Shown piece after piece: positions 52,517 through 64,000 of a DNA stretch of 64,000 bases (the stretch's first letter is position 1; each line of letters starts with the position of its first letter). The notes under the pieces are model-generated. The model was given only the letters and a program-made list of their open reading frames with translations, made no database searches and was not told the origin of the DNA. The stretch is from Oculina patagonica (taxonomy: Eukaryota), in the NCBI RefSeq assembly GCF_052425735.1, contig NC_135758.1, forward strand, positions 29,140,001 to 29,204,000. The letters are read 5' to 3'. Both the position numbers and the translations under genes were made by a program.

Positions 52517-52980
52517 ACATTAACAACTGTTAAATAAATCCACTGAAAATTTTCAGTTCAGATCTCAGATCTAGATGGTTTTCCTCTAAACAAAATGCTA
52601 GGCTTAATAAACAATTACCTAACCTTTAAAATAGATTCCTTTAAAATAGAATCCTGCTGTTTGTCTTGGACGAGAGTTGGACGAGAGTTTGAACCCGTTC
52701 AAGGAAGCAAGCATTTGCAAAAAGTATACTACACTGTCCACAACGTAAATTTGGGTCGGACAGGTTGTTTGTGTGAGCAAAAGTTGTCATTTATGGTAGC
52801 GATTTAGAACTCTACTCTTGCTAAACAATCTACGTCATTAAACGGAATCGGATTCCTTTGAGTGCAGCGCGCGAGCAGTTCAGTCTCCTCCAGCTTTCCA
52901 GCCTCCAGTTACGCGGCCTACCAGCTTTCAAATTAATAATTTTACCATTTCGGGCCTTAAAATTAAGAAAACTTTGAATT

Positions 52981-53196
52981 TTAGCGCGGATTGAACGGTC
53001 CCGGTTCGAGCCCTGGCCCGGGCACTGCGTTGTGTTTTTGAGGAATACACTTTACTCTCATAGTGCCTCTCTCCACCCAGGTGTAAAAATGGGTACCGGC
53101 GAATTTACTGCTGGGGGTAACCCTGCGATGGACTAGCTTCCCATCCAAGGGGAGCAGAATTATTCCTAGTCGCTTCATGCTACTGAAACCGGGATA
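52981..53196 (+). mobile_element. tRNA-derived SINE
   Basis: B-box GGTTCGAGCCC, core CTTTACTCTCATAGTGCCTCTCTCCACCCAGGTGTA and 3' CCCTGCGATGGACTAGC...TCGCTTCATGCTAC. Reversed, degraded relatives lie at ~19270-19680 and ~21570-21650. Confidence 0.8.
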
Positions 53197-55020
53197 CGGA
53201 CCACAAACTTTACCTACCTTTACTAATCTTGTTGTGCAATGTAATCTTGTAATAAAAATTACAGATGTGAACTGCAGGATGTCTGGGATGGACAGAAGAA
53301 AAAGAAAGGGCAAAATAAAAATGGTTTTTGACTCAAGTTCTAAGGGTCCTCCTGACTAGAATAGTTCTACAAGAAATGCAGTGCTCGCGTAGGAGAAGCT
53401 CAGTGTAAAGATTTAAAAAACAGCAGTAAATACGCCCACAACCATGGCCACGACAATGTTTCCCAGGCGAACTCCTTATAACGGTCATCGATCTCATTCC
53501 TGAAGAACACAATAAAAGAACGTAATAAAAAACAACTTTAATAAGCGCGCGCGCTTACGTAATAAAACAATGAAAAGTAACTTCATAAGCGTACTTCGCG
53601 CAAAAAGCGTTAAAATATCTTTTCATTGCTCAACCGATAAGAGTCAAGATAATTCAGGAAACCAACTTGGAGGAACTGAGAGTTAGCAGCCAAGGAGGTC
53701 TATACTATCCTCTTTAGGCCTCGTCACACGCTGGGAATGTTGATTGCATGAAATTACCAGAGGCATCAGCGGCAGTTATTTTGGCATTTAGTAATTAAAG
53801 GGACAGTATCACGGGAAGTGTTTTTGAGTAAACTATGCTAGAACAGTGCCAGGGTGCACTCACTGATCAACAAAATAACCTTTGAACAACAAAAGAAAGG
53901 CATTAATTATTACTCCAAGATGTAAACAAGCCAAAGTCAATGGTTTTGTGTGATTCTTTTCCAAGCAGCGGTGAAAAACTAACGTCGGCCGACGTTTTCA
54001 AGTTTCAGGCCACTTCTTTCCTTCTGTTCCGCAGCCACACCACGTTTTAACAATTTTCATAATAAGTACAGTACATTTAAGCAAGGCCAGGCAACTGTTC
54101 GTAGATTTCCAATAGCAACACCTATGTACCACGATTTTTTAAGTAACAACTCTTGGTGAGACTGCCCCTTAAACTTATTAAAGGAGGCTGGCTGATTGGA
54201 TGGATGGATCAGAGAAGAAAGGATGGATCGGCTGTTTGAATGAACATGACCAATCTTCATTGACCCGCAAAATAGCATATGAGCAATATTGTTGTGTATG
54301 CAGCATTGGCTGTCTTACAAGGTTGGCTTTAACTAGCCTGCGTTGCAATCGAACAAACTATACTGGGGTATTGTTCGTCTGCAACGCAGACTAGCTTCAA
54401 CAAGATGTCATAAATGGAAGGAAATAGCCATGAAATGGGGACACTGATTATAAGCTAGAAAAAAATACTAAAATAAGTCAAAATGTTTTGTGGTATATGT
54501 CTTAATACTAAAAATTAGAATTAGTTAAAAATGCTAAAAAATTAATCACATATTTTTACTTAAGTCATCAAACAGTACATAAAATACAGTTACTATAATG
54601 CTTGTCGGTCACTATGGAGTTCTCTAACAAACACATTTTTTTTTTGCCTTATTGTTGGCAGATCTCTAGTGCATACAAAAATCAAGGAGTGGTTAACTCG
54701 TCAAAAGGTGTATCAGACAACGCGTTTTGAGTTAACTATGATGGCAACAATGCCGAATGTAAGAACTTAATGTCTATTCAACTCCTAAATACGTTGTTAC
54801 AAAGTCACATTTAGCAAGAACGTCTTTCAGTTTTTTCGAAATTGAACAAATCTTATAACAGAACTTGCAGAGCCTCGCAATCAGTATGCGTAATAATGCA
54901 CGCTGGTAGCGTAAACAAATCGCCTTGCCAGAAAATTCTTTTTCTCGCGCAGGTTTTGATGTCAGCATTTCTACTAGCAATGTTATAAAACAAATGGTTC
55001 ATGTTTTAGCAGTTCACTAG

Positions 55021-55224
55021 CTGACTCGTCCCCAGTCGTCTGTTCTGTGTCTCTCCTGTGTCCAGGGAAACTGGGTCAAACTGAAAACGAAGGGAATCAT
55101 GGGAAGGAAGAGAAAAAGCGAAGGAGAGTCCCTTCCTTCTTCCTTCCCATCACCCCTCGGGCTCCCCGCGCTTCTCACGTTAATATTAATAGGCGAGACT
55201 GAGAGACGACTGGGGACGAGTCAG
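55021..55224. mobile_element. MITE with 21-bp TIRs and a near-perfect 9-bp TSD
   Basis: GTTCACTAG|CTGACTCGTCCCCAGTCGTCT ... AGACGACTGGGGACGAGTCAG|GTGCACTAG. Confidence 0.8.
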
Positions 55225-55419
55225 GTGCACTAGCGAGTTGTGCTCTCGACTACTACTCTTCCCAGCGACACCCAAGATTTTTTCACCGTCTCACGGTGAA
55301 TTGACATGCATCACGCTGTCTATTGCATGCTTAGCAACTTCGAGACGAGCTTAGTATGCCGGGTCTTAGAGACCGAAATTCGTGATCAGCTGTAGTACGT
55401 TATCCCCGATTGCCAGTCC

Positions 55420-56016
55420 TCATTCACCGCTACGCGTGACATCGTCATCGGAAAGCTTCTCATTGCAGTAATATGCCTTTGACTCATCAAGCGATTCAAA
55501 ATCCAAATACGGAGTGTCCTCCAGCATCATTTGTTCCAGTGATCGCGTCGCACTTTCAAATGTGGGTCTTTCACTGGGCTCGTCCTTCCAACAATCTAAT
55601 ACCAGCTGATATCTGATAAAAGGAAGGTTAGATTTATATTGTTTTTAATTGTGTAAAACAACTACTGACATTGAATTTACTTGTGGTAGTGTTCTGTCAA
55701 TGGGTGGGCGAATGTGACTAAAGCGAAGAAGAATTTACAAAGCTTGTCGAACAAAAGTAAGCAGGCAAGAGGGCAAGTAAGCAAGTAAATGGCTACAGAA
55801 ACTGAAAAAAAAAATGGCTCAGTTTTTTTCACGTTTATAATGAACATAACGAGTGAGTTCGTGAAACTTGTATTTTACTTACAGTTTATCAGAACACGTG
55901 TCTGGTTTCTCCATGCGATATCCAGTCTTGAGAAGATTGTACAACTCTTTGTTGTTTATTCCAGGATAAGGATTTCCGCCTGTAATAAAATTTTATTATA
56001 GATGTGAGTAGGCACA

Positions 56017-56071
<55 letters not shown>

Positions 56072-59000
56072 CGAATCACTCAATCAATCAACCACTTTTC
56101 TTGTCACTGTTTTTTCTTACGTCATTTGAGTCTGCAATTACTTATTTAGTAGCAGGATGATCTCAGCAAGCTCGTTAGAGCTTTTCAGAGGACATCACCC
56201 TCGGTTCTGCGTTCTTTTCATACATGGCCATCTTAAGGATATAGTAGTCACAATAACAGTACATAAACAGACAGTTTTAATAAATTCAGTTAGACACGAA
56301 TGGCAACCCACGTAAGCCCGTATCAGTGACAGCCTCATCAGTCAATAGCTATAATCATTATATGAGCAACTAAGTCGATTGTTTGGCATTCGTAATTTAT
56401 TGCTAACACAAAACGCAAAAGAAGCATTGCGTTATCCGATCTTATGACGTGTCTTTGTTTGAGCGCTGATGTAAGTACATGGACATGAAACCTATATTCC
56501 AAGATCCTCTCTTGTCTATACTCAACAACATTATATTCTGAATTGAATTATAAAAAATTTATTTAATTTGAACAGAATATTAAATGTCAAAAATTTACTA
56601 GAGTATAGTAAATCATGTCCTTACCCATCGTGGAAAGTTCCCAAAGAAGAATTCCAAAAGACCACCTAAACAAAATTGATTAAATAATTAAACAAACTTT
56701 ACCACTGGATTCAGCTTGAGGAAACCTCAGCATAATAATAAACGGCGCGAGATACATACTTACTTGCGTTAAAATCATTGCTAAACTATCTCTACCTTGA
56801 GGTTTAAATACTCAGAAGAATACGGATAGTATCCCTTCCAGGGGCAATTTGAGCGGGCCAATTGTCAACGTTTTTAATCCCTGGGGTGCGACATTACTTG
56901 CATTGCCGCTGAATTTGGATTTTGACCTCGATGAATCCCCTGGCTTCGTCTCTAATGATTAATTCATCAGCAAACTAAAGACGGTAAAATGTATGACCAA
57001 CTAGCTCTACTTGTAGGTAGTGCCGTAGCAAGGGGAGGGGCCGGGGTGACCCGTGCCCACCCCCCAGTTTTTTTTTCCAAAAAGTAAAAACAGACCTGTA
57101 TACATATAAATAAACTTTTATCTCCCGAGAGGTTTGAAACAATAACATCAACTCAACAACTTAAGCAACTCGGCCAGTTTAATAACTACGAACTTACTAT
57201 GATGACTCTGAAAGGTGAAACATTTGCTGGTTTCAAGATGGAGAGACAGTCGTTGCAAGTGTTATACTCTCTTCAATGTGCATTGGTTTGCTGAGACATT
57301 GTAAGAAGTAAATAATGTGCGATATGCGTAAATCACAAATAGCTCTTGGAGAACGCTGGAAATAGCATTTCCAAGCCTCTAGATTTCCAGACCCCCCTAG
57401 CGGCTTGTGCCTCCGGCGCTCGCGTGCCCCGCTCCCCCTCCCCCCCCCCCCCCCCCAATTATTTTACCCTTGCTACGGCACTGCTTGTAGGTCATAATGA
57501 GATACCAGAACCACAGCGGAAAAATTGAAAAGTTTGTTAATTTATTATTTTAAAGCCCGTGATTCCGAAGAAGCTCTTCAGCTCCCAATTCCACTGAATA
57601 GCTCTTAGTCAAAAAGGAAAGTGAACATTGTAATCAAACTTACACATCGCTTTTCGTGGTGTATTCACTGTTGTAAAGTGCTTCAGGCGCCATCCATTTC
57701 ACCGGTAACTTTTTGCCTTTCTTTAATTTGTAAACGTTTTCATAGGTCTGTCGCATCAATCCAAAATCAGTGATTTTTACAACTTTGTCCTCGCCAAGAA
57801 GAACATTGCGGGCCGCCAAATCACGATGGACAAATCCATTGCTTGATAAGAAGTTCTGCATATAGACAAAGATGGGAATAGGCAATGAAATCAGTACTTA
57901 TTACGAATACACGCTGGCAGTGCGTAAACTTGGAGAAAAAACCTATTGATGATCAAGGTCTAAGTCTGTATCAAAATACAAACGAAATCCTCCCGGGATA
58001 AAAAGTACAGGGATTAGATGCTCGTTGGAAAGTTTGAATTAAACCTCTGAAGGAGACCATTCTGGTCGTTTTTTTTTGAAGCTTTACTCATGAATAAAAG
58101 GTACCATTTATGGCTGAGTGAGGCTTTGTCGACTCAAAACGTTTTGGCTTTTTATCCTGAACACCTAAGTGAGATCAAAATCCGTAATTTACACCCGAAA
58201 GCGGGACAACGAGCATGCCCAACCGTTTCATACGAAAGGTATGGTTTAAAGGTTTAAGAAGAAAGGTTTACTTCAAGATGAAAAAATGTGGGCAAGATAA
58301 ATGCCTCCACGAAGAAGGAAACCCTTACCACATAGTTTCATTAACTGCTCATAACTCCTCTTTGCTTTCCGTTTTGGAAGGAGGAAGTGGGGAGGGGGTG
58401 GGGGGGGGGGGAGAGGAGAGGAGAGGAGAGCCAGTCCAGAAAGGTTAGGTTCTAGAGGGAAGGCTTTACAAAGCGATTTCCACTAGCAAGAGCAAGAGAA
58501 TTTTTCTAATCTACGAAACACTGCAATAGACCTGTGTCTCGTTATTATTTTTTTTTTTTGGAATTTGCCGCACCAAGTACTTACCATTCCACGCGCTATC
58601 TGCCACGCAAAGGAGAGGAGATCCTTCGCTACAAAATCTTCTTCGTGTTGTACACTATCATGCCGGGTATTCTGTAGAAATTGAGTGGACTCCTTACTTC
58701 CCTCTACTTCTGGGTTGTCTTCCTTTAGCGCAATTTCCTGAGTAACAGTGTCACCGTTAAGTGTAAAACGACGAGCCGAGTCTACAAGGTCGTTGTTTAT
58801 ACCGTCCATGGTTGGTTTGCCGCAGTGCAGTAATTCCTTGTCTACTCCCTCTTCTTTTACCAGCAGTGCTTTAGATTCATCATCGACGTTAAAGTGCACT
58901 TCATTTGCATCCAGTGGCAATTGATTCCCTTCGTTATAGTAATTCTTTTGATAGCTTTTCTACAAGAGAGATAAAATCGAAGGAAATCAATCTTTGCGAT

Positions 59001-62000
59001 TTCCCCAGAAATTATTATTAATAGTCCATGAGCCAAATTTCAAAAGGGGCCTAAAAATAGGTTTTCGTAGCACCCCCTTAATACCTAGTGAAATTGGTAT
59101 CAATAAAGCTAAGTCAAATTTTCTCAATCCACTTGTTACCAGGACGGAAAGTGGTGATAAGGGAGATATGACATGCTTTTACGGGGAGAGTGGAGATAAG
59201 TTGCTTTGTAAATACAAGTAATGTCAAATCTCCAAACCAATCGCAAAAAACACACCTAAAAGTGATAAAGATTTTTTACAAACATTTAAAATTAGTATTT
59301 TGTCACATTTCACACTTTTTATTTTTTGCTTTCCACCCGTTGCCAGGAAATCGTAAATAAACCCATTCCTGCTATTTTCTTGATTATAAAAGTCGTTTTC
59401 TTATGTTTACAACCCAATTATTACGAAAAAAATCAATTGTTTTTGTGTTTTCCCCTTTTATTCGCCTAAGCTTGTTTGTACCACAATTATTTTAAGCCTT
59501 GTCCCGTCATGCACAGCAACACAGGAGGGTCCGCCATCGAAATTCGAATCAGCAGAAGGTGAGAAATTGCCTCTTTTTGCAAAAATAGCCTCCTAGCTAT
59601 TGGCCGCGGCCGCCGAAGTTAACTGGTTATTTTTTAGACCCGGTTAAAAATTTCCACAACTTAACTAGTTAAATTATGTTTTATAATGAAATAAACGCTA
59701 AAATATTGTTAAAATTCATTTTAAAACTTTAAAAACTTTAAAAAAGTAGACGACGTTTCGGCGCTACTCTACGCCATTATCAAGTCAAAAGAAGTGATAG
59801 TCAAGATTTTGTGCGTAAAGGAAAACAAGCCCCCGATCGTGAACACACAATGCGTTGTTTACTTGTTTCAATGTGATTTGTGCGATGCAAATTATGTCGG
59901 GTTTACTGCCCGACACCTACATCAACGCATAGTGAGCACCGTTATTGCGATGGTAGACACCTTGAGGCACAACAGGCAGCAAAGGAGCAAAGATTAATCA
60001 CCTTTTCAAAGTGTTAAAGAAATGAGAATAAGTTTGACTGCCCGTATATGAAATGCTGTTCATCAGGGACATTAATCCTTCCCTGAACACCCAGAGGACC
60101 TATCCGCGCCAAAACGACACTCCCATTATTTTTTTCCTTACTTCGTATTCCCAACACACACTATTTTTTTTTTCACGTTTTATATTTATTTACTTACTGA
60201 CTGTTGGCGTAGAGTAGCGCCGCGTCTTACTTTTTAAATTTTTAAATTTTAAAATAATTTTAATTTTAGCTTTAATTTCATATAAATCTTTTCTAAATCT
60301 CTGCTGTTACGTAAATTATACACTCGTTTTAGCGGCCGCATCGACAGACCAGACGAAGTGATGTCAGATAAGCTATTGAAAACAAGCCGCGAAAAGCGAC
60401 CGGCTTTCATATAATTTTATTACTTGCTCATTTCTTCTCCTGCTTTTAAGATTTATTTCAATGCATTCTCGGCTTACACCGCTCTATTTTTTCCGAATGC
60501 GTTCTACGCAAATTTCAAGCCCGGTTGTTTCGAGTATGTTGATCTCAGCAGTAGTTCTAAGGTTCATCGCCATATCGAAATCGCCTCAAGACCTTCAGTG
60601 CACAAGCTGTCGTCATAGAGACGTAGAAGCGACGACGAAAGAGAACTGTATACCGACCAGGAAGAAGTTGACACACGGATGTTCCTCCATGCGAAGCACG
60701 CATCTCACATGAACATCAGAGGGTGCCAAGTCTCCCGAAAAGATACATTCCGAGTCCAGCAAAGGTAAAGTGAAGGGAAGAAAAGGGCGTTAAAAAAGTA
60801 GAGAACGCAAACGAGCAAGTGAAGAGCCTCCGAGGAGAAAGAAGAGGTAGAACGGTGCAAGCTGTCAATAACCTCTGTTACAAAGGGTGCAAAGCACGGG
60901 ACCAACTCCTGCCACAGCGCTGCCCTTCGATACCACTAAGCGAGCCAAACACGAAGAAAACAGCAAGAAGAGCAAGAACCGGTAAGAGGAGAAGAAGGAA
61001 GGACGATGAGATGTTTGAGACCTGGCGCCAGCTCCACAGGTGTGAGGAATTAGTTTGCTGTGGGTTCCGCGGCACTGCAAGGCTGCCTGGTAGGCGCACA
61101 GAAGGCCGAAGAGAGTCACCTTAAAGAGGAGAGACAATGACGACGAGAGGGGAGGAAAGAATAAGCACTGACAGAATAAAAATATGCATAAACGGACCCA
61201 TAAAAAATCCCAACTTGCATTCTTTTTAAATATATTAGCAACAAAAATAAAAGATCAAGAAAACAAAAAAAAAAAATGTAACAGAAACTAGCAACTATTC
61301 GAAACTTGCTTTTTCCTCCCCATGTAACCTAGTTTGACATACATGCATTCTGGTGTTGCAAAAACAATTTTTATAAGCCATTAAGTAGAAGTGAAGTTAA
61401 ATAGAAAGAGGGTGACACGTCAAATAATGGATGGAAAAAGAGATTACTTAGGAAGGAGGGGAAAAGGATAAAAATAGAGAAAAAAGTTTTTGGTGCAAAG
61501 AAAATAAAAAGTAGATGGAGGGTGAAAAGGTGTAAAAAATTAATATTAAAAAAATGTATCACTAAAAGTTCCCCCCTCCCCCGAAAAAATTTCCCTTCTC
61601 CCTATACCTAACCACCTGGTAAAGTTTAACCTTGCCTTATTAAGGGGGTGAGAAAATATTTGGGTTGATGGATATAATAGAAGTGAATATGAGAGAGAAA
61701 GAGACCGTTAAAATAAAAATTAAATGTCGACTTTTAAGTATAATTTCAAGGAAGGTGATGGAAAATGATTTTTATTCAATTCAGCGTTGGCGAATTAAAT
61801 TTTGAGAGCAAAGGAGAAAGCTTTTCAGAGACAGTCATTTTTTTTCCCCTTCAATATTAAATATAAACAAAATTTTTTTCGACTTCATTAACGGTAAAAC
61901 AGTAGCTCATATTATTCTACCACCATTGAACACTTAAATTAAAAAATGAATTCTTGGAAGCGGCAAATAAAATACTATTGATAGCAAGAAAAAAAATGAA

Positions 62001-63779
62001 TTTTAAATAAACGCCGTCCTCGTATAAACCCCACCCTCGATTAAACGCCACACTCAAATCGCGAAAAATTTAATAAACGCCTCGGCGCTTAATCGAATAA
62101 ATACGGTACTTCCATTTTTTTTAAGATGTTTTACTCAGTTCCACTTGGACAACATGTGGCCTTGAGCTTGAGGTAAAGGTATATAATAAATTTTAACTAA
62201 CCTGTATTCTCTTGTTTCTAAGCCAGCGCTGTAAATCTCCGTACGGAACATATTCTAGCAACAGGAAGATGGGATCAGAGTTGACCCAACAGCCAAGCAT
62301 GCTGACAATATTCCTGTGTGAACCGATCGCTTTCATGATTTCAATTTCTTCCAGAAGCTGGTTCCTGGCTTCCTCGTCTGCTGTGTCTAAAATTAAATTT
62401 ATAGGTGTGCATATTTGGTAACTTTGAAATTACACCAAATATTTCAATCGGGAGTGTTTAGGTATTTTGTGGAGAACAACTGATCCGTTAATTCCTTTGT
62501 TGTTGACTCGGAGGTGACCTGAGAATTACTTACCTCCTAAAACTTTAACAGCTACTGTTCGGCCTTCTTTGAAGTCGACGGTCTGTGTTTTGGTCTTGTA
62601 GAACACTTCAATTCCAGGGGATTCTTTGTACGTGCCTTTCAACACTTTACCAAATGCCCCACGACCAATCTCTTCCTCGAAGACAACCTGTTGGGGTAAA
62701 ACTTCCCAACGCCGAAGAGGAATTATGGTGGACTTGGATCTGAAGTAAAAACAATCACTGGACTCAATGCTTGACAGTCGTGCGTTTTAGTAGTTAGGAA
62801 GAAAAAAAGGCAAACCTCCTCCGTTTAAAACGTAAAAACTGGAGGGACACTAAAGGGAACTGTCGTCCTATGTTTTTAACAAGAAGTTGTGGTATAAAAG
62901 GGCTTCTGTCATGAACATTCGCGCTTACCACGAGCTACGCAGCAAAAGGAAGTGATCTCACGTCCCATCTTTTAGCAAGAAGTGGCGCTATAAAAGGGGC
63001 CTGGCATGGCCATTGTCAGTCAACCATAAAAAGCGTAAAGCTAACAAACAACCTGCGTATTTTTTAAGAAAGTTAAAGACAAAATTGTGTCCATTTATGC
63101 TTAAACTGTTCTGTCAAAACATTTTCAAGTAAATCGCACTTTTGTCAGTTGTATATTTCGGCTTCATAAGACTTTGAAGCATGTTCAGTTTGCATCAGGC
63201 TTGACTCAGCAACATGTTATGACTGCAGAGGCTAGAATTCCTATTTCGGTCCCAAAATGTGTGAAATGAGAGAGGTACTTTCACTACTTCCGAGTAAGAG
63301 AGTCTACTTTGGGACATGTTCCTTTTAGGGGGAAAAATGAACTAGCACCACGCCCCTAAAATTGGTTTTGGTAGTTTCTACGGTATTTTTTAAAATTTTC
63401 GGCAAGCAGTTTAATATTAAAGTCACCCGGGCCATATGCGGAATACGTAAGGAATGAAATCAGTTAAGAATGCTATTGCGTGACGTTTTAAGTTTTAGTA
63501 CACCATCAATGCAAGACAACTTGCAATTAAATTACCTTCTGCGCTGGCTCACAAGTTGCTTCTTTCTCCAGGCTTTCATTCGAAGCCAGAATATTACCAT
63601 AAAAATGATGATGAGAAGGACGCTAAGTCCCGCTACTAAGCCAGCTAACTGCGGTGAAGAAAGAACAGTGTCACTCTGAAAGGCTGGAGATTTCAAAGAG
63701 TTTGTTGCAGATTTGGTGGGCGAAGTTTGAACGTCAGTTTTATCTAAACGCGGAAGCAAGATAGATGTGATAAGTATGC
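55420..63779 (-). CDS. Receptor tyrosine kinase (FGFR/RET/Tie-like) with a split kinase domain; 5' end outside the window
   Basis: Exons 63779-63536 (S/T-rich stalk + [24 protein letters not shown] + basic stop-transfer), 62739-62534 (IGRGAFG, VAVK), 62386-62202, 58959-58585 (kinase insert), 57855-57644 ([20 protein letters not shown]), 56665-56625, 55979-55883 and 55612-55420. All phases are consistent. Possible 19-nt exon at 63929-63911. Confidence 0.93.
56019..56071. repeat. (GAT)n microsatellite
   Basis: About 17 GAT units in an RTK intron. Confidence 0.95.
57018..57483. mobile_element. hAT-type MITE with an 8-bp TSD
   Basis: CTTGTAGG|TAGTGCCGTAGCAAGGG ... CCCTTGCTACGGCACTG|CTTGTAGG. 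Confidence 0.9.
59680..60290 (+). mobile_element. Penelope-like element remnant (GIY-YIG) with inverted terminal repeats
   Basis: [38 protein letters not shown], then frameshifted ...[16 protein letters not shown]. Positions 59690-59776 are the reverse complement of ~60205-60285. Confidence 0.85.
59749..59786 (-). ncRNA. Penelope-associated minimal hammerhead ribozyme variant
   Basis: Minus strand: GAC-TTGATAAT-GGCG-TAGAGTAG-CGCC-GAAACGTC-GTC. Stem I is GAC/GTC, stem II is GGCG/CGCC, and stem III is the self-complementary ACGT. Confidence 0.6.
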
Positions 63780-64000
63780 CTGAAAACAGAGCTATTTCTC
63801 CGGGAGAAATTTCTTAATACTTTATAACAATAAAATTAATATGAAGAGGCTAAAAATCCCCCGCCCCCATGAATGAACGTCCAAACTGTCAAAAACCGCC
63901 CGCTCGTTACCTCCGAAGATCGAAGAAATCTACGGCAAAACATTTCTTCATTTCTATATCAATATTATGATTGGTATATTTATCAAACTGCTTTCCTGCT

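Larger units (their letters stand above)
59068..61653. mobile_element. Degenerate Academ-like DNA transposon in an RTK intron
   Basis: Left end TAGCACCCCCTTAATA; right end TATTAAGGGGGTGAGA, with weaker inverted similarity further inward. An internal + strand fragment [21 protein letters not shown] (60643-60705) resembles the EEADTR..LHA motif of XPG/FEN1(PIN)-like transposon nucleases. Confidence 0.55.

Noticed and set aside
53400-53500. Exon-like segment on the minus strand downstream of the RTK stop
   Set aside because: The acceptor looks plausible, but there is no matching donor or informative peptide; it cannot be assigned.
55889-56083. Poly-Ser ORF
   Set aside because: Translation of the intronic (GAT)n microsatellite.
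60705-61137. Several overlapping 66-101-aa ORFs
   Set aside because: Purine-rich decayed transposon interior with no coherent protein.

Overview
AT-rich, intron-containing animal genomic DNA. The repeat families and gene content suggest a cnidarian, probably a stony coral (inference). Eight protein-coding genes were reconstructed by hand from GT-AG splice sites with consistent intron phases: (1) a 3-exon secreted 172-aa precursor that the ORF track shows only as disconnected fragments, with a signal peptide, a pro-region, an RRRKR convertase site and a 15-aa Cys/Trp-rich C-terminal peptide (6384-5392, -); (2) an intronless class A GPCR (14990-16030, +); (3) 9-exon NDUFS7 (25858-17940, -), head-to-head with (4) a 6-exon secreted VWA + PAN/apple protein (26153-30509, +); (5) a ~593-aa low-complexity protein with no recognisable domain (34312-31570, -); (6,7) two tandem, single-intron CLN3/battenin-like paralogs (41613-38211 and 49071-43267, -); (8) a receptor tyrosine kinase with a large kinase insert, whose 5' end runs off the window (63779-55420, -). 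Non-coding DNA is dense with MITEs (several with intact TSDs), tRNA-derived SINEs, Penelope-like retroelement remnants carrying minimal hammerhead-ribozyme motifs, a degenerate Academ-like DNA transposon, a minisatellite, microsatellites and one N gap. The best candidate for a novel system is the secreted prepropeptide gene with its cluster of upstream TGACGT sites. All calls are by eye; no database search was run.
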